31,693 bases of DNA, from contig JBECKX010000189.1 of NCBI GenBank assembly GCA_040235515.1, positions 1 through 31,693 on the forward strand. Reading direction: 5' to 3'. Shown piece after piece: positions 8,744 to 17,457 of this stretch. The notes beneath the pieces were generated by a model that was given only the letters and a program-made list of their open reading frames with translations, did not search any database and had not been told where the DNA came from. Made by a program: the position numbers and the translations under genes. This DNA comes from Candidatus Zixiibacteriota bacterium (GTDB taxonomy: Bacteria; Zixibacteria; MSB-5A5; CAIYYT01). Numbering within the stretch: position 1 is the stretch's first letter; each line of letters opens with the position of its first letter.

Positions 8744-8926
8744 GCGCCTCCAATTGCTGCAGTGCACCGCATCGACGGCCAGCACGCATGAGAATGAGCA
8801 CAAGCACGAAATTGAACTACGGATTGGCGGCTTGATATCATAGATTTCGATATCGATTAACTTAAGTCAGCACGTACTTTCGGTGCGGGTTCAAACCCCG
8901 TGGCCCACGAAAAGATCTGAGCAAGG

Positions 8927-11341
8927 ATGACTCTGAAAAAAATTCTTGAAGAGGAATTCTTTCCGTTTGTAATTCGCCCGGCGCGTTACAGGGGAAACGA
9001 ATGGGGGAGTCAGGATTATTCTACAGCCTACTTGAAGCCACCTGACAAACGGGTGGCTTTAGTTGTTCCCGATAAGTATGATCGCGGTATCTGCTTGCCG
9101 GAGCTGCACCTCTGCTACAATTTCTTCCGCAGCCAGAACTCTATCCAGTGCGAGCGCGTTTTCGCACCCGACTACGACGCCGAAGCGATATTGCGGAGCA
9201 AGAATCTTCCGTTGTTCTCGCTGGAATCGCTCCTGCCGTTAACGGAATTCGACGAGTTGATTTTTCTCATTCCGAGCGAACTCAATCTGACCGCAGTACT
9301 CAATATCCTTGAGTTGGGGAAGTTGCCGCTTGCGGCAGCGGAGCGACACAACTCCAGAACTCGCGTCTATGCCCTCCCGGTTGGTCTGGTGAATCTCTCC
9401 GCCGTGGCAACGCTCTTTGATCAGATCGTAACCGGCGACATCGTGTCGTGGCTGGAACAACGAATTGCGCAGCCTGCCTTGCAGCCGGAGGGGATTACGC
9501 CGGTGGCCAACGGCTGGGAGAAGTTGAAGCAAGATTTCCAGTTCGTGCATTCACCGATCATTCCGTACGAAGAGGTCCTCCACGACCGGCTGACGGTTCT
9601 GCTTCCGCACAGTTTTAAACCCGAAACCTTCGCACGACAAATCAGCGATCAGCTTGCTGCCAGCGGCTTTGAGGAGTTCGCAATCGAGGGTGATGTATTG
9701 AAGTTCGGCGAGGACTTCGTCGCACTCGTGCGCGCTCTTGGCCAGCGCCTGCAGAACGCCGGTGTGCGCTGCCTCCTCCCACCGTTGCCACCGAATCTGC
9801 TCTCGCTCGATCACTTTGATAAGCTGGCTTTCGGTCGGAGACGTTCACTGAGGTTTTACCTCGGTGCAGGCAGCGAGTACCTGCGCGAAGCGCTTGGCCT
9901 CTTCTTTGACATCGACACCTTCTTTGAACTGCTTGCCAACGCCTTTGCCCGAAACTGGCGATCGCTCCGCCTGTATTTCGAAGTCGGACTTCCGGAGGAA
10001 TCTGACTCCGACCTGGAGGAGATTGCGGAAATAGTCTCCACCGCCGAAGAGCTTGGCTTCGAATATGGTGAGAAACATTCGATTCAGGTGACCTTGACCC
10101 CCTTCATCCCGCGACCATTTACCAAGTGGCAGTGGGACGCGATTCTTCCGGCGGCGGAATTGAACCGGAGAGTCGATTTCGTCAAGGCTCGGGTGAAGAA
10201 ACGCAATGTACAATTCCGCAGCCCGTCGATTGATATGGCCGTTCTCGAGGGTTTGCTGGCTCGCGGCGGTGACGCCATGCTCCCGGTGATCAGATCAGCC
10301 CACAGTTCAGGAGCGCGTTTTGATTCCTGGCAGGAACATTTCGATAACGAAACCTGGCAAGCGGCAATCGCGGCGAGTGAAATCGATTTGACGCAGATTG
10401 CGACGGCGCAGGGAATCGAGCGTGAACTATTCGAGCCGGGCGAGGGGTTCGGCATCTCGACCAGACAGCTTCGCCAGCAGCGGGAGAGTGCATTTCCGGC
10501 TGAGCGCAAGAAACCACGCGGCGGCTTCACGCTCGGTGATATTGTGCTTGCCAAACCGGAAGTTGCTGAACAGATTTTGGCACCCCGGTCGGAGGAGAAA
10601 CGCAGTTTTGGCCGCAAGCCGAAACGCGTGACACAGACTTCGACTGCAATGGCCGTACCGCGCAGTCGCGTCAGGCTTCAGTGGCGCAAGGGGGAAGAGG
10701 TGCGCCACGTCGGCCATCTGGCCTGCATGAAGATGTTTGAACGCGCCATCCGCCGTGCGCGTATACCGGTAGAGTACACACAGGGTCAGCAGCCGCGTCA
10801 GAAGGTCTCGCTGGGCCCGCCGCTGGCGTTGGGGTATACTTCCGATGCGGAGTATTTCGATCTGCATCTGGAACAACCCTACCAGGAGGAGTTTCTCCAC
10901 CGCCTGAATCAGGAACTTCCTGCCGGATTTGCCGTAGTTCAGGCGAGGCCGGTGTTTGGAAAAGTCTCGTCGGTCGCTTCGCAAATCAACATGGCATGTT
11001 ACGACGTTGATCTCAACGAGAGCGCCGACATCTCACCAGACCGCGCAGAAGAGATTTTGAATAAGGAGTCGATAGTTATCGTACGTAAGCGGGGCGAGGA
11101 TACGAAGGAGGTCGACGTCAGACCCGCCATTCTTGATCTGCATCTGGATGAATCTGACTCCGGCTCTAAGCGCCTGGAGATGGCGCTGGGGCTGGGGAAT
11201 CTCGGATTTGTCCGGCCTGATGAGGTGCTCTCTCAGTGCCTCTATTTCGACGAAGATAAAGTTTTGACTTTGAAAATCCATCGCAGAGCGTTATTCGTAG
11301 TTCAAGGCGAGCGCAGACTGTCCCCCTTCGAGGTAAGTTGA
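8927..11341 (+). CDS. Degenerate TIGR03960-type B12-binding/radical-SAM domain fused to a TIGR03936 (DUF2344) domain
   Basis: Retains family motifs RPARYxGxE, CERVFAP, PLFSLES, HDR, LYFxVGLP, PFIPRPFTKWQW and GARFDSWQEHF, plus C-terminal HLxxxxxFERAIRRA...YTQG..P. No CxxxCxxC motif. Confidence 0.85.
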   Translation: MTLKKILEEEFFPFVIRPARYRGNEWGSQDYSTAYLKPPDKRVALVVPDKYDRGICLPELHLCYNFFRSQNSIQCERVFAPDYDAEAILRSKNLPLFSLESLLPLTEFDELIFLIPSELNLTAVLNILELGKLPLAAAERHNSRTRVYALPVGLVNLSAVATLFDQIVTGDIVSWLEQRIAQPALQPEGITPVANGWEKLKQDFQFVHSPIIPYEEVLHDRLTVLLPHSFKPETFARQISDQLAASGFEEFAIEGDVLKFGEDFVALVRALGQRLQNAGVRCLLPPLPPNLLSLDHFDKLAFGRRRSLRFYLGAGSEYLREALGLFFDIDTFFELLANAFARNWRSLRLYFEVGLPEESDSDLEEIAEIVSTAEELGFEYGEKHSIQVTLTPFIPRPFTKWQWDAILPAAELNRRVDFVKARVKKRNVQFRSPSIDMAVLEGLLARGGDAMLPVIRSAHSSGARFDSWQEHFDNETWQAAIAASEIDLTQIATAQGIERELFEPGEGFGISTRQLRQQRESAFPAERKKPRGGFTLGDIVLAKPEVAEQILAPRSEEKRSFGRKPKRVTQTSTAMAVPRSRVRLQWRKGEEVRHVGHLACMKMFERAIRRARIPVEYTQGQQPRQKVSLGPPLALGYTSDAEYFDLHLEQPYQEEFLHRLNQELPAGFAVVQARPVFGKVSSVASQINMACYDVDLNESADISPDRAEEILNKESIVIVRKRGEDTKEVDVRPAILDLHLDESDSGSKRLEMALGLGNLGFVRPDEVLSQCLYFDEDKVLTLKIHRRALFVVQGERRLSPFEVS

Positions 11342-12675
11342 TGAACGATGCACGATTAAACCCCCGCGACGAAGCATACAGGGTGTTGATGGCTGCTCGC
11401 CGGAATCCCGAATCGCTCCAGTCGGAACTGGTCCAGCTCAAGCAGAAGCGATTCAGGGGGCGCTACGACCTGAACCTCGCAGTCTATCTGGTAACCGGCA
11501 CGATCAAGATGCAAAAGCGTCTTGACCTGATCCTCTCCCAATATCTGCGCAAAAAATTATCCTCTCACTCCGATTCACTCATCACGGTTCTGCGTCTTGG
11601 TTGCTACCAATTGCTTCCCGAGTGCAACATCCCGCATTACGCCGCGGTTAACGAGACCGTGAACTTGGCCAAACGCTACACGCCCGGCGCAGATTCGATG
11701 GTGAATGCCGTCCTGAAAAATATCGCGCAGAATATCGAGAAACTGACCTTCGACGAACTGCGTGGCGACATGCTCAATTTCCTCACGCAGTACTACTCCT
11801 ATCCGATCTGGTTCGTGCGCGAACTGTTGTCATACTTTCCTGACGGCGTGGTTGAGAAGTTCCTGCGCGTCGGCAACGAGCCGCATCCGCTGCAGATTCG
11901 GCTCGACCAGGATCCGGAGAACCTGAAGAAGTATCTGGCCAAACTGCAGAAGAACAACATCAGGTTCAAGCAGGGTAAGTTCCTGAAAAACTACGTCCAC
12001 ATCATCTCCGACGTCAACCCCACTCAGTTGCCTCACTTCGATGAGGGCGAGTTCATCATACAGAATGAAGCTTCCGGTCTGGTGGTGGAGCTTCTGGATG
12101 TCCACCCGGGCCAGACGGCGCTCGATCTCTGCGCCGCTCCCGGCGGGAAAACAACCGATATCGCCAACCGCGTCGGTTCCAGTGGAAGCGTCACCGCCGT
12201 GGATGTCTCGGAGGCGCGGCTGAGTATGCTGAGGGAGAATCTCTCACGCCTCAAGATCGGCAACGTCTTTACGGTGCAATCGGATGGCAGCAAGTTCAAG
12301 TCCGGCACTTACGATCGCATTTTGCTCGACGCTCCCTGCTCCGGTACCGGCGTGTTCCGCAAGTTTCCTGAGGGACGCTGGATCACCACACCGAAGGATG
12401 TCGAACGCTTCGCGGCGTTGCAGCTCGCACTCTTGGAGAACGCGGCTACCCTGCTCAATCCCGGTGGCATCATCGTCTACTCGACCTGTTCGATCATGCG
12501 GATGGAAAACGAGCAAGTCATCGGACAGATGCTTGCCAATCACACCGATCTGGAACTCCACGTGCCGGAGTCTTTCAAGCATGAGGACCTCATCGGCGAA
12601 GACAAATTCCTGCGCACTTATCCCGGTTTGAAATACTTCGATAATCTCTTCGCTGCCGCCCTGCGGCGGAAGTAG
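11341..12675 (+). CDS. rsmB: 16S rRNA m5C967 methyltransferase RsmB (NusB-like N-terminal domain)
   Basis: IPHYAAVNETV, DLCAAPGGKT, LLDAPCSGTG and YSTCS motifs. ATG overlaps the upstream stop (TGATG). Confidence 0.93.
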   Translation: MNDARLNPRDEAYRVLMAARRNPESLQSELVQLKQKRFRGRYDLNLAVYLVTGTIKMQKRLDLILSQYLRKKLSSHSDSLITVLRLGCYQLLPECNIPHYAAVNETVNLAKRYTPGADSMVNAVLKNIAQNIEKLTFDELRGDMLNFLTQYYSYPIWFVRELLSYFPDGVVEKFLRVGNEPHPLQIRLDQDPENLKKYLAKLQKNNIRFKQGKFLKNYVHIISDVNPTQLPHFDEGEFIIQNEASGLVVELLDVHPGQTALDLCAAPGGKTTDIANRVGSSGSVTAVDVSEARLSMLRENLSRLKIGNVFTVQSDGSKFKSGTYDRILLDAPCSGTGVFRKFPEGRWITTPKDVERFAALQLALLENAATLLNPGGIIVYSTCSIMRMENEQVIGQMLANHTDLELHVPESFKHEDLIGEDKFLRTYPGLKYFDNLFAAALRRK

Positions 12676-12687
12676 GGCGGTTCGACG

Positions 12688-13431
12688 ATGGAGTCGATGA
12701 ATCGTGTCTGGCGCGGACTGTTCTTTTACCTCGCAGTCCCGATCGTGGCCCTGCTGATCCTCTTCTTTATCGCCGATGATATCGTCTTACCCTTCTTTAC
12801 CCGGCATGGCGATGAATTCCCCTTGCCCGAACTGGTCGGAAAGACTGAATACGAAGTGCAGGAGATCGTCGATGACTATGGGCTTGAACTGGAAATTGCG
12901 GGCAGGGAGTTCTCATCCGAGAAACCGGAGGGTGTGATCCTCACGCAGATTCCACTCGCCGGCACCAAAGTCAAATCTGGCCGGAGCATCAAAGTCGTGG
13001 TCTCGGATGGTCTGCGAACAGCCGAAGTTCCTGAAGTTGTGGGGTTGCCGCTGGCGCAGGCGAATGTCGCTTTGCAGAAGGCGGGGTTCACCGTCGGCGA
13101 TATCTATTGGGTGCGCGTGGATACGCTTCCGGAAGAGATCGCGATCGAGACGATTCCCTCCGCAGGCACGATCCTGCCGCTGGGGAGCAATGTCTCGCTG
13201 GCGGTTAATCAGGGGACACGCAGAAATGTCGTTTCGATGCCGCAACTGATCGGTATCCCGCTCGAACGGGCCAGACAACGCCTGGAGAGCCTCGGCCTCG
13301 CAGTGCGAGAAGTATACCAGGTGGTGGACACACTTTATCTGCCCAATACCGTGCTCGACCAGGAACCGCGCCGCGGGACCTCCCTCGTGAAGGGAGACTC
13401 GGTGAGCCTGGTGGTGTCCAGAACCGACTAG
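12688..13431 (+). CDS. Membrane-anchored protein with three PASTA domains
   Basis: N-terminal TM helix; three repeats starting LPELVG, VPEVVG and MPQLIG, each ending in a Q/T-x-P-x-x-G...V-x-L-x-V-S-like segment. Confidence 0.92.
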   Translation: MESMNRVWRGLFFYLAVPIVALLILFFIADDIVLPFFTRHGDEFPLPELVGKTEYEVQEIVDDYGLELEIAGREFSSEKPEGVILTQIPLAGTKVKSGRSIKVVVSDGLRTAEVPEVVGLPLAQANVALQKAGFTVGDIYWVRVDTLPEEIAIETIPSAGTILPLGSNVSLAVNQGTRRNVVSMPQLIGIPLERARQRLESLGLAVREVYQVVDTLYLPNTVLDQEPRRGTSLVKGDSVSLVVSRTD

Positions 13432-13462
13432 CAAGAACAGAGTAACCCTGAATGCTGAATCG

Positions 13463-14107
13463 ATGACAAAGATCGCTCCCTCATTGCTCGCCGCCGACTT
13501 TACGCAACTGGCCGACCAGATCAAGCTGGTGGAGGAGGCCGGCGTGGACCTGCTTCATGTGGATGTCATGGATGGCCACTTCGTTCCCAATCTCAGTTTT
13601 GGTCCCTTCATCATCAAACAGGTTAATGCCATCACCGAGCTGCCACTTGATGTTCACCTGATGATCTCCAATCCGGAATCGTACGTCGATGCCTATATCG
13701 ATGCCGGTGCCGATTACCTCACCGTGCATGGTGAAGTGATCAAGGAGGACCACTCGTTGCTCGAACAGATCAGGGCCAAAGGAGCAAAGCCGGGGGTGGC
13801 GCTTAATCCCGACGCGCCGGTAGAGGATTACAAGCACCTGTTTCCACACCTCGAGTTGTTTCTCGTGATGTCTGTCTACGCCGGATTCGGCGGTCAGAAG
13901 TTTATCCCCGATGTCCTGCAGAAAGTCAGGACCGCAAAGCAGTGGCGTGGGGAAAATGGTTGGGACTACTTGATCTCGATCGATGGCGGGATCAATGAGG
14001 AGACTGCAATTCAGGCACGTGCCGCGGGAGTTGATATTCTTGTCTCCGGCAGCTCGTTTTTCAGAGCAAAGGACATGACACATTTCACTCAATCGCTCAG
14101 GGGCTAA
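13463..14107 (+). CDS. rpe: Ribulose-phosphate 3-epimerase
   Basis: IAPSLLAADF, HVDVMDGHFVPN, DVHLM, GFGGQKF and IDGGIN motifs. Confidence 0.97.
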   Translation: MTKIAPSLLAADFTQLADQIKLVEEAGVDLLHVDVMDGHFVPNLSFGPFIIKQVNAITELPLDVHLMISNPESYVDAYIDAGADYLTVHGEVIKEDHSLLEQIRAKGAKPGVALNPDAPVEDYKHLFPHLELFLVMSVYAGFGGQKFIPDVLQKVRTAKQWRGENGWDYLISIDGGINEETAIQARAAGVDILVSGSSFFRAKDMTHFTQSLRG

Positions 14108-14142
14108 AGCTGGAGTGATTGCCCTCAAACTGAAGTGGCAGT

Positions 14143-14622
14143 ATGAATCGACGCTTATCAGGTTTGGCGCCAATCGCCGACAAGTCAACGCGAGTCATGG
14201 TTCTCGGCACGTTTCCCTCTGAAAAGTCGCTGGAACTGGAGCAATATTACGGTAATCCGAGGAACCACTTCTGGCGCATTATCTCCGAGATTACCGGCTT
14301 CGAACTCGTGAGGCTCACGTATAGAGAGCGGACCGAGGCGCTGCTCAAAGTTGGCATCGGATTGTGGGACGTCATCAGTTCGTGCGAGCGGGCAGGCAGT
14401 CTTGACTCGGCAATCGTCAAACCGATTTTCAATGTCATCGACGCCGGAAGGTTTGCGTCGCTTGCGCTGGTCTGTTTCAATGGGAAGAAGGCGGCAAGCT
14501 GGGGCCGGAAGCTGGTAACGTCCGTACGCACCTTACACTTACCATCGACCAGTCCAGCCAATGCGCGGATTTCATATCGGCAGAAACTGGACGAATGGTC
14601 GCAAATCAAAGCATACATCTAG
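14143..14622 (+). CDS. Uracil-DNA glycosylase superfamily, family 6 (hypoxanthine/deoxyinosine DNA glycosylase)
   Basis: LGTFPSEKSL, YYGNPRNHFW, GLWDVI, GSLDSAI, FNGKKA and LPSTSPANA motifs. Confidence 0.9.
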   Translation: MNRRLSGLAPIADKSTRVMVLGTFPSEKSLELEQYYGNPRNHFWRIISEITGFELVRLTYRERTEALLKVGIGLWDVISSCERAGSLDSAIVKPIFNVIDAGRFASLALVCFNGKKAASWGRKLVTSVRTLHLPSTSPANARISYRQKLDEWSQIKAYI

Positions 14623-14639
14623 CCTTGGGGAGTTAATCA

Positions 14640-14981
14640 ATGTCCCAAATCACATATGACGATTTTCTTAAAGTTGATATGCGGGTGGGCGAGATTGTTG
14701 AAGTGCAGGAGTTCGAACGTGCCCGCAATCCCTCCTACAAGGTCCGTATCAATTTCGGCGGCGAAATCGGAGAGAAGTGGTCCTCCGCTCAGGCCAAACT
14801 GGCGTACACGAAGGAAGAACTGCTCGGGATGCAGATCGTCGCCGTCGTGAATTTTCCTCCCAAGAATATCGCCGGTTTCATGTCGGAAGTACTTGTCCTG
14901 GGCGTTGAAAAGGAGGATGGTTCACTCTCCCTGTTGCAGCCGTCGCGCCGTCCGGCAGAATTGGGCAGCAGGGTCTACTAG
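14640..14981 (+). CDS. csaA: CsaA/Trbp111-type tRNA-binding OB-fold chaperone
   Basis: ITYDDFLKVDMRVG, SSAQ and AVVNFPPKNIAGFMSEVLVLG motifs. Confidence 0.9.
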   Translation: MSQITYDDFLKVDMRVGEIVEVQEFERARNPSYKVRINFGGEIGEKWSSAQAKLAYTKEELLGMQIVAVVNFPPKNIAGFMSEVLVLGVEKEDGSLSLLQPSRRPAELGSRVY

Positions 14982-15032
14982 GCGGCTTGCCTCAGAGCTT
15001 GCCTTCCACCGCGACAACCCCCACCATTTCCC

Positions 15033-15061
15033 TTGCTTCCGTAGCCGTCTCTTCGTATACT
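15033..15061 (+). promoter_or_regulatory. Putative sigma70 promoter of ffh
   Basis: TTGCTT-N17-TATACT, followed by a GGAGA RBS. Confidence 0.7.
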
Positions 15062-15083
15062 TACCGTTCTATATTGGAGAGTT

Positions 15084-16400
15084 ATGTTTGATTCACTTTC
15101 GGAAAGATTAGAAGGCGTATTTAAGCAGATTCGCGGTCACGGTAAGCTGACCGAGGCGAATATCCGCGATTCTGTCAAAGAGATTCGGCGCGCACTGCTG
15201 GAGGCCGATGTTAACTTCAAGGTAGTCAAGCAGTTCATTGCCGGCGTCGAAGCCAAGGCCTATGGCCAGGAAACGCTGCGTTCGATCTCTCCCGGACAAC
15301 AAATCGTCAAGGTCGTTCATGACGAACTGGTCAACGTCCTTGGCGGGGAAAACGAACCGATCCAGTTCGGATCGACACCGGGCAAGTTGCTGGTCTGTGG
15401 ACTGCAGGGTTCCGGCAAGACCACCCTCTGCGGCAAACTCGCCCTCCATTATAAGAAGCAGAATATGCGACCGTTGCTGGTCGCCGCTGATATCTATCGT
15501 CCGGCTGCCGTCAAGCAGTTACAGACGCTCGGCAAATCGGTTGAGGTTCCAGTCTTTCATGTCGACAAGAAGCCACCGCAGATCTGTGAAGAAGCGGCTG
15601 AGTACGCTCGCGCCAACAACCTGAGCCCGATTATCTTCGACACCGCCGGTCGCCTCCATATCGACTCTGAGTTGATGGAGGAACTCAAGCAGATCAGAGC
15701 CAGGGTCAACCCGCACGAGGTCCTGCTGGTAGCCGATTCGATGACCGGTCAGGACGCTGTCAATGTGGCGGCGCAGTTCAACGAACAGATGGAGATAACC
15801 GGCGTCGCGTTGACCAAACTCGACGGCGACGCACGCGGTGGTGCCGCACTGTCGATCCGTAGTGTCACCGAGAAGCCGATCAAGATCGTCTCGACCGGTG
15901 AGAAACTGACCGACCTGGAGGTCTTCTATCCCGACCGTCTGGCATCACGAATCCTCGGCATGGGCGATGTCGTCTCCCTGGTGGAGAAAGCACAGGAGAC
16001 GATCGACATCAAAGAGGCTGAGAAACTCGAGAAGAAAATCCGCAAGGCTACATTCGATTTCGAGGATTTCTATAAACAGCTTCAACAGATCAAGAAGATG
16101 GGCTCCCTCGACTCGATTATGCGGATGATCCCGGGGATGTCAAATGCCCTGCGAAATACAGAAATCGATGAGAGCCAGATGAAGCGGGTGGAGGCGATCA
16201 TTCTCTCGATGACACTCGAAGAGAGGCGCAACCCCAAGTTACTCAATGGCTCAAGGCGCGCTCGGATTGCCGCCGGTTCCGGCAATTCGGTTCAGGAAGT
16301 TAATCGCCTCGTCAAGCAATTCAGCCAGATGCAGAAGATGCTTAAGAAAATGCGTGGCGGTAAAATGAAGAAGATGATACCGGATCAGTTCTTCAATTGA
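15084..16400 (+). CDS. ffh: Signal recognition particle protein Ffh
   Basis: ALLEADVN, GLQGSGKTT, DTAGR, TKLDGDARGG and RILGMGD motifs; Met-rich M domain. Confidence 0.98.
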   Translation: MFDSLSERLEGVFKQIRGHGKLTEANIRDSVKEIRRALLEADVNFKVVKQFIAGVEAKAYGQETLRSISPGQQIVKVVHDELVNVLGGENEPIQFGSTPGKLLVCGLQGSGKTTLCGKLALHYKKQNMRPLLVAADIYRPAAVKQLQTLGKSVEVPVFHVDKKPPQICEEAAEYARANNLSPIIFDTAGRLHIDSELMEELKQIRARVNPHEVLLVADSMTGQDAVNVAAQFNEQMEITGVALTKLDGDARGGAALSIRSVTEKPIKIVSTGEKLTDLEVFYPDRLASRILGMGDVVSLVEKAQETIDIKEAEKLEKKIRKATFDFEDFYKQLQQIKKMGSLDSIMRMIPGMSNALRNTEIDESQMKRVEAIILSMTLEERRNPKLLNGSRRARIAAGSGNSVQEVNRLVKQFSQMQKMLKKMRGGKMKKMIPDQFFN

Positions 16401-16520
16401 TCGAGCGCAGCGAGTAGCTGGATGTGTGATTCCGGAAGAGATGATAAATAGGCGACATCGCGTCGCCGTGCTGTTGTATATTAGTAACTGAGTATAGTTT
16501 GACCAAACTGGAGGTAACGA

Positions 16521-17003
16521 TTGTCAGTCAAGCTTAGACTTCGGCGCATGGGATCGAAGAAACGCCCGATCTATCGCCTGGTGGCGATTGATTCGCGCCG
16601 CGCACGTAATGGTAGATTTGTGGAACAATTGGGTCATTACAATCCGATCGAGCGGCCTGCTACATTCACCGTGAATGAAGAGAGGGTGTTCGAGTGGCTC
16701 AAACAGGGTGCGACGCCATCCGATACCGTCAAGACTCTCTTCGGGCATATCGGGCTCAACGAGAAATGGGAAGCGATTCGCGCCGGCAAGAGCGCTTCCG
16801 AGATGGAACTGAAGACCACGATCACTGAGCGTAAGAAGCGTACGCGCAGGGTGAAGGCTGCGGCCGCCAAGGCTGCCGAGGAAGCCGAGAACGCCAAGAA
16901 GGCAGCTGCAGAAGCGGCCGCCAAGGCAAAAGAGGAGAAGCCGGCAGAGAGTAGTTCAGAGGAAACGGCCGCCCCAGCTGCGGAAGAGGAGAGCAAAGAG
17001 TAA
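16521..17003 (+). CDS. rpsP: 30S ribosomal protein S16 with Ala/Lys/Glu-rich C-terminal extension
   Basis: VKLRLRRMGSKKRPIYR, GHYNP and WLKQGATPSDTV motifs. TTG start after GGAGGT. Confidence 0.97.
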   Translation: MSVKLRLRRMGSKKRPIYRLVAIDSRRARNGRFVEQLGHYNPIERPATFTVNEERVFEWLKQGATPSDTVKTLFGHIGLNEKWEAIRAGKSASEMELKTTITERKKRTRRVKAAAAKAAEEAENAKKAAAEAAAKAKEEKPAESSSEETAAPAAEEESKE

Positions 17004-17226
17004 GACCCGGATCCGAAACAGAATGAAGTTAGGCGTTTCAGGTACTCCTTGGAGCCTGGCCAACAAGTTATTCAACCGGTTAAGTCAGCAGGCCCAGAAT
17101 ACCGAATCTTCAGTGACGCGTAGCTATAGATGCACCGAGAGCACATTGAAGCGCACTCCCACGCTGTGACCAGTGCCTGGAGGGAACCAGGCACAAACTG
17201 AGAATTCCTTACTATGGAGAATTGAT

Positions 17227-17457
17227 GTGAAGGAGTTTGTGGAGACGATTGTGAAGGCTCTGGTGGACAATCCTGACGAGATTCAGGTGCGCGAAGTCGA
17301 AGGAGAACGCACGACTGTCTACGAGCTCAGGGTCGCCAAGAGTGACCTTGGAAAGGTGATTGGCAAGGGTGGTGCTACCGCCAAAGCCATCAGAACGATC
17401 ATGCTGGCCGTCTCGGCAAAACGCGGGAAGCGGTCGGTACTAGAAATCCTGGAATAG
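17227..17457 (+). CDS. khpA: KH-domain RNA-binding protein KhpA (YlqC)
   Basis: LVDNPD and [18 protein letters not shown] motifs. GTG 17227 follows GGAGA; rpsP-khpA-rimM synteny. Confidence 0.93.
   Translation: MKEFVETIVKALVDNPDEIQVREVEGERTTVYELRVAKSDLGKVIGKGGATAKAIRTIMLAVSAKRGKRSVLEILE

Noticed and set aside
8571..8843. 90-aa alternative-frame ORF over the Cys4 gene
   Set aside because: It has no RBS; the 8552 frame has the RBS and a protein-like pattern.
8820..8912. Complete tRNA, tmRNA or 6S RNA gene
   Set aside because: No acceptor-stem complement, D arm, anticodon stem or long 6S-like duplex could be folded; only the T-arm is supported.
14982..16520. SRP RNA (ffs) next to ffh
   Set aside because: No domain-IV hairpin with the conserved internal loops in either flank.
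8862..17090. Shared 11-mer TTAAGTCAGCA in two spacers (8862-8872 and 17080-17090)
   Set aside because: One 11-nt match among about 2 kb of intergenic DNA is within chance expectation.
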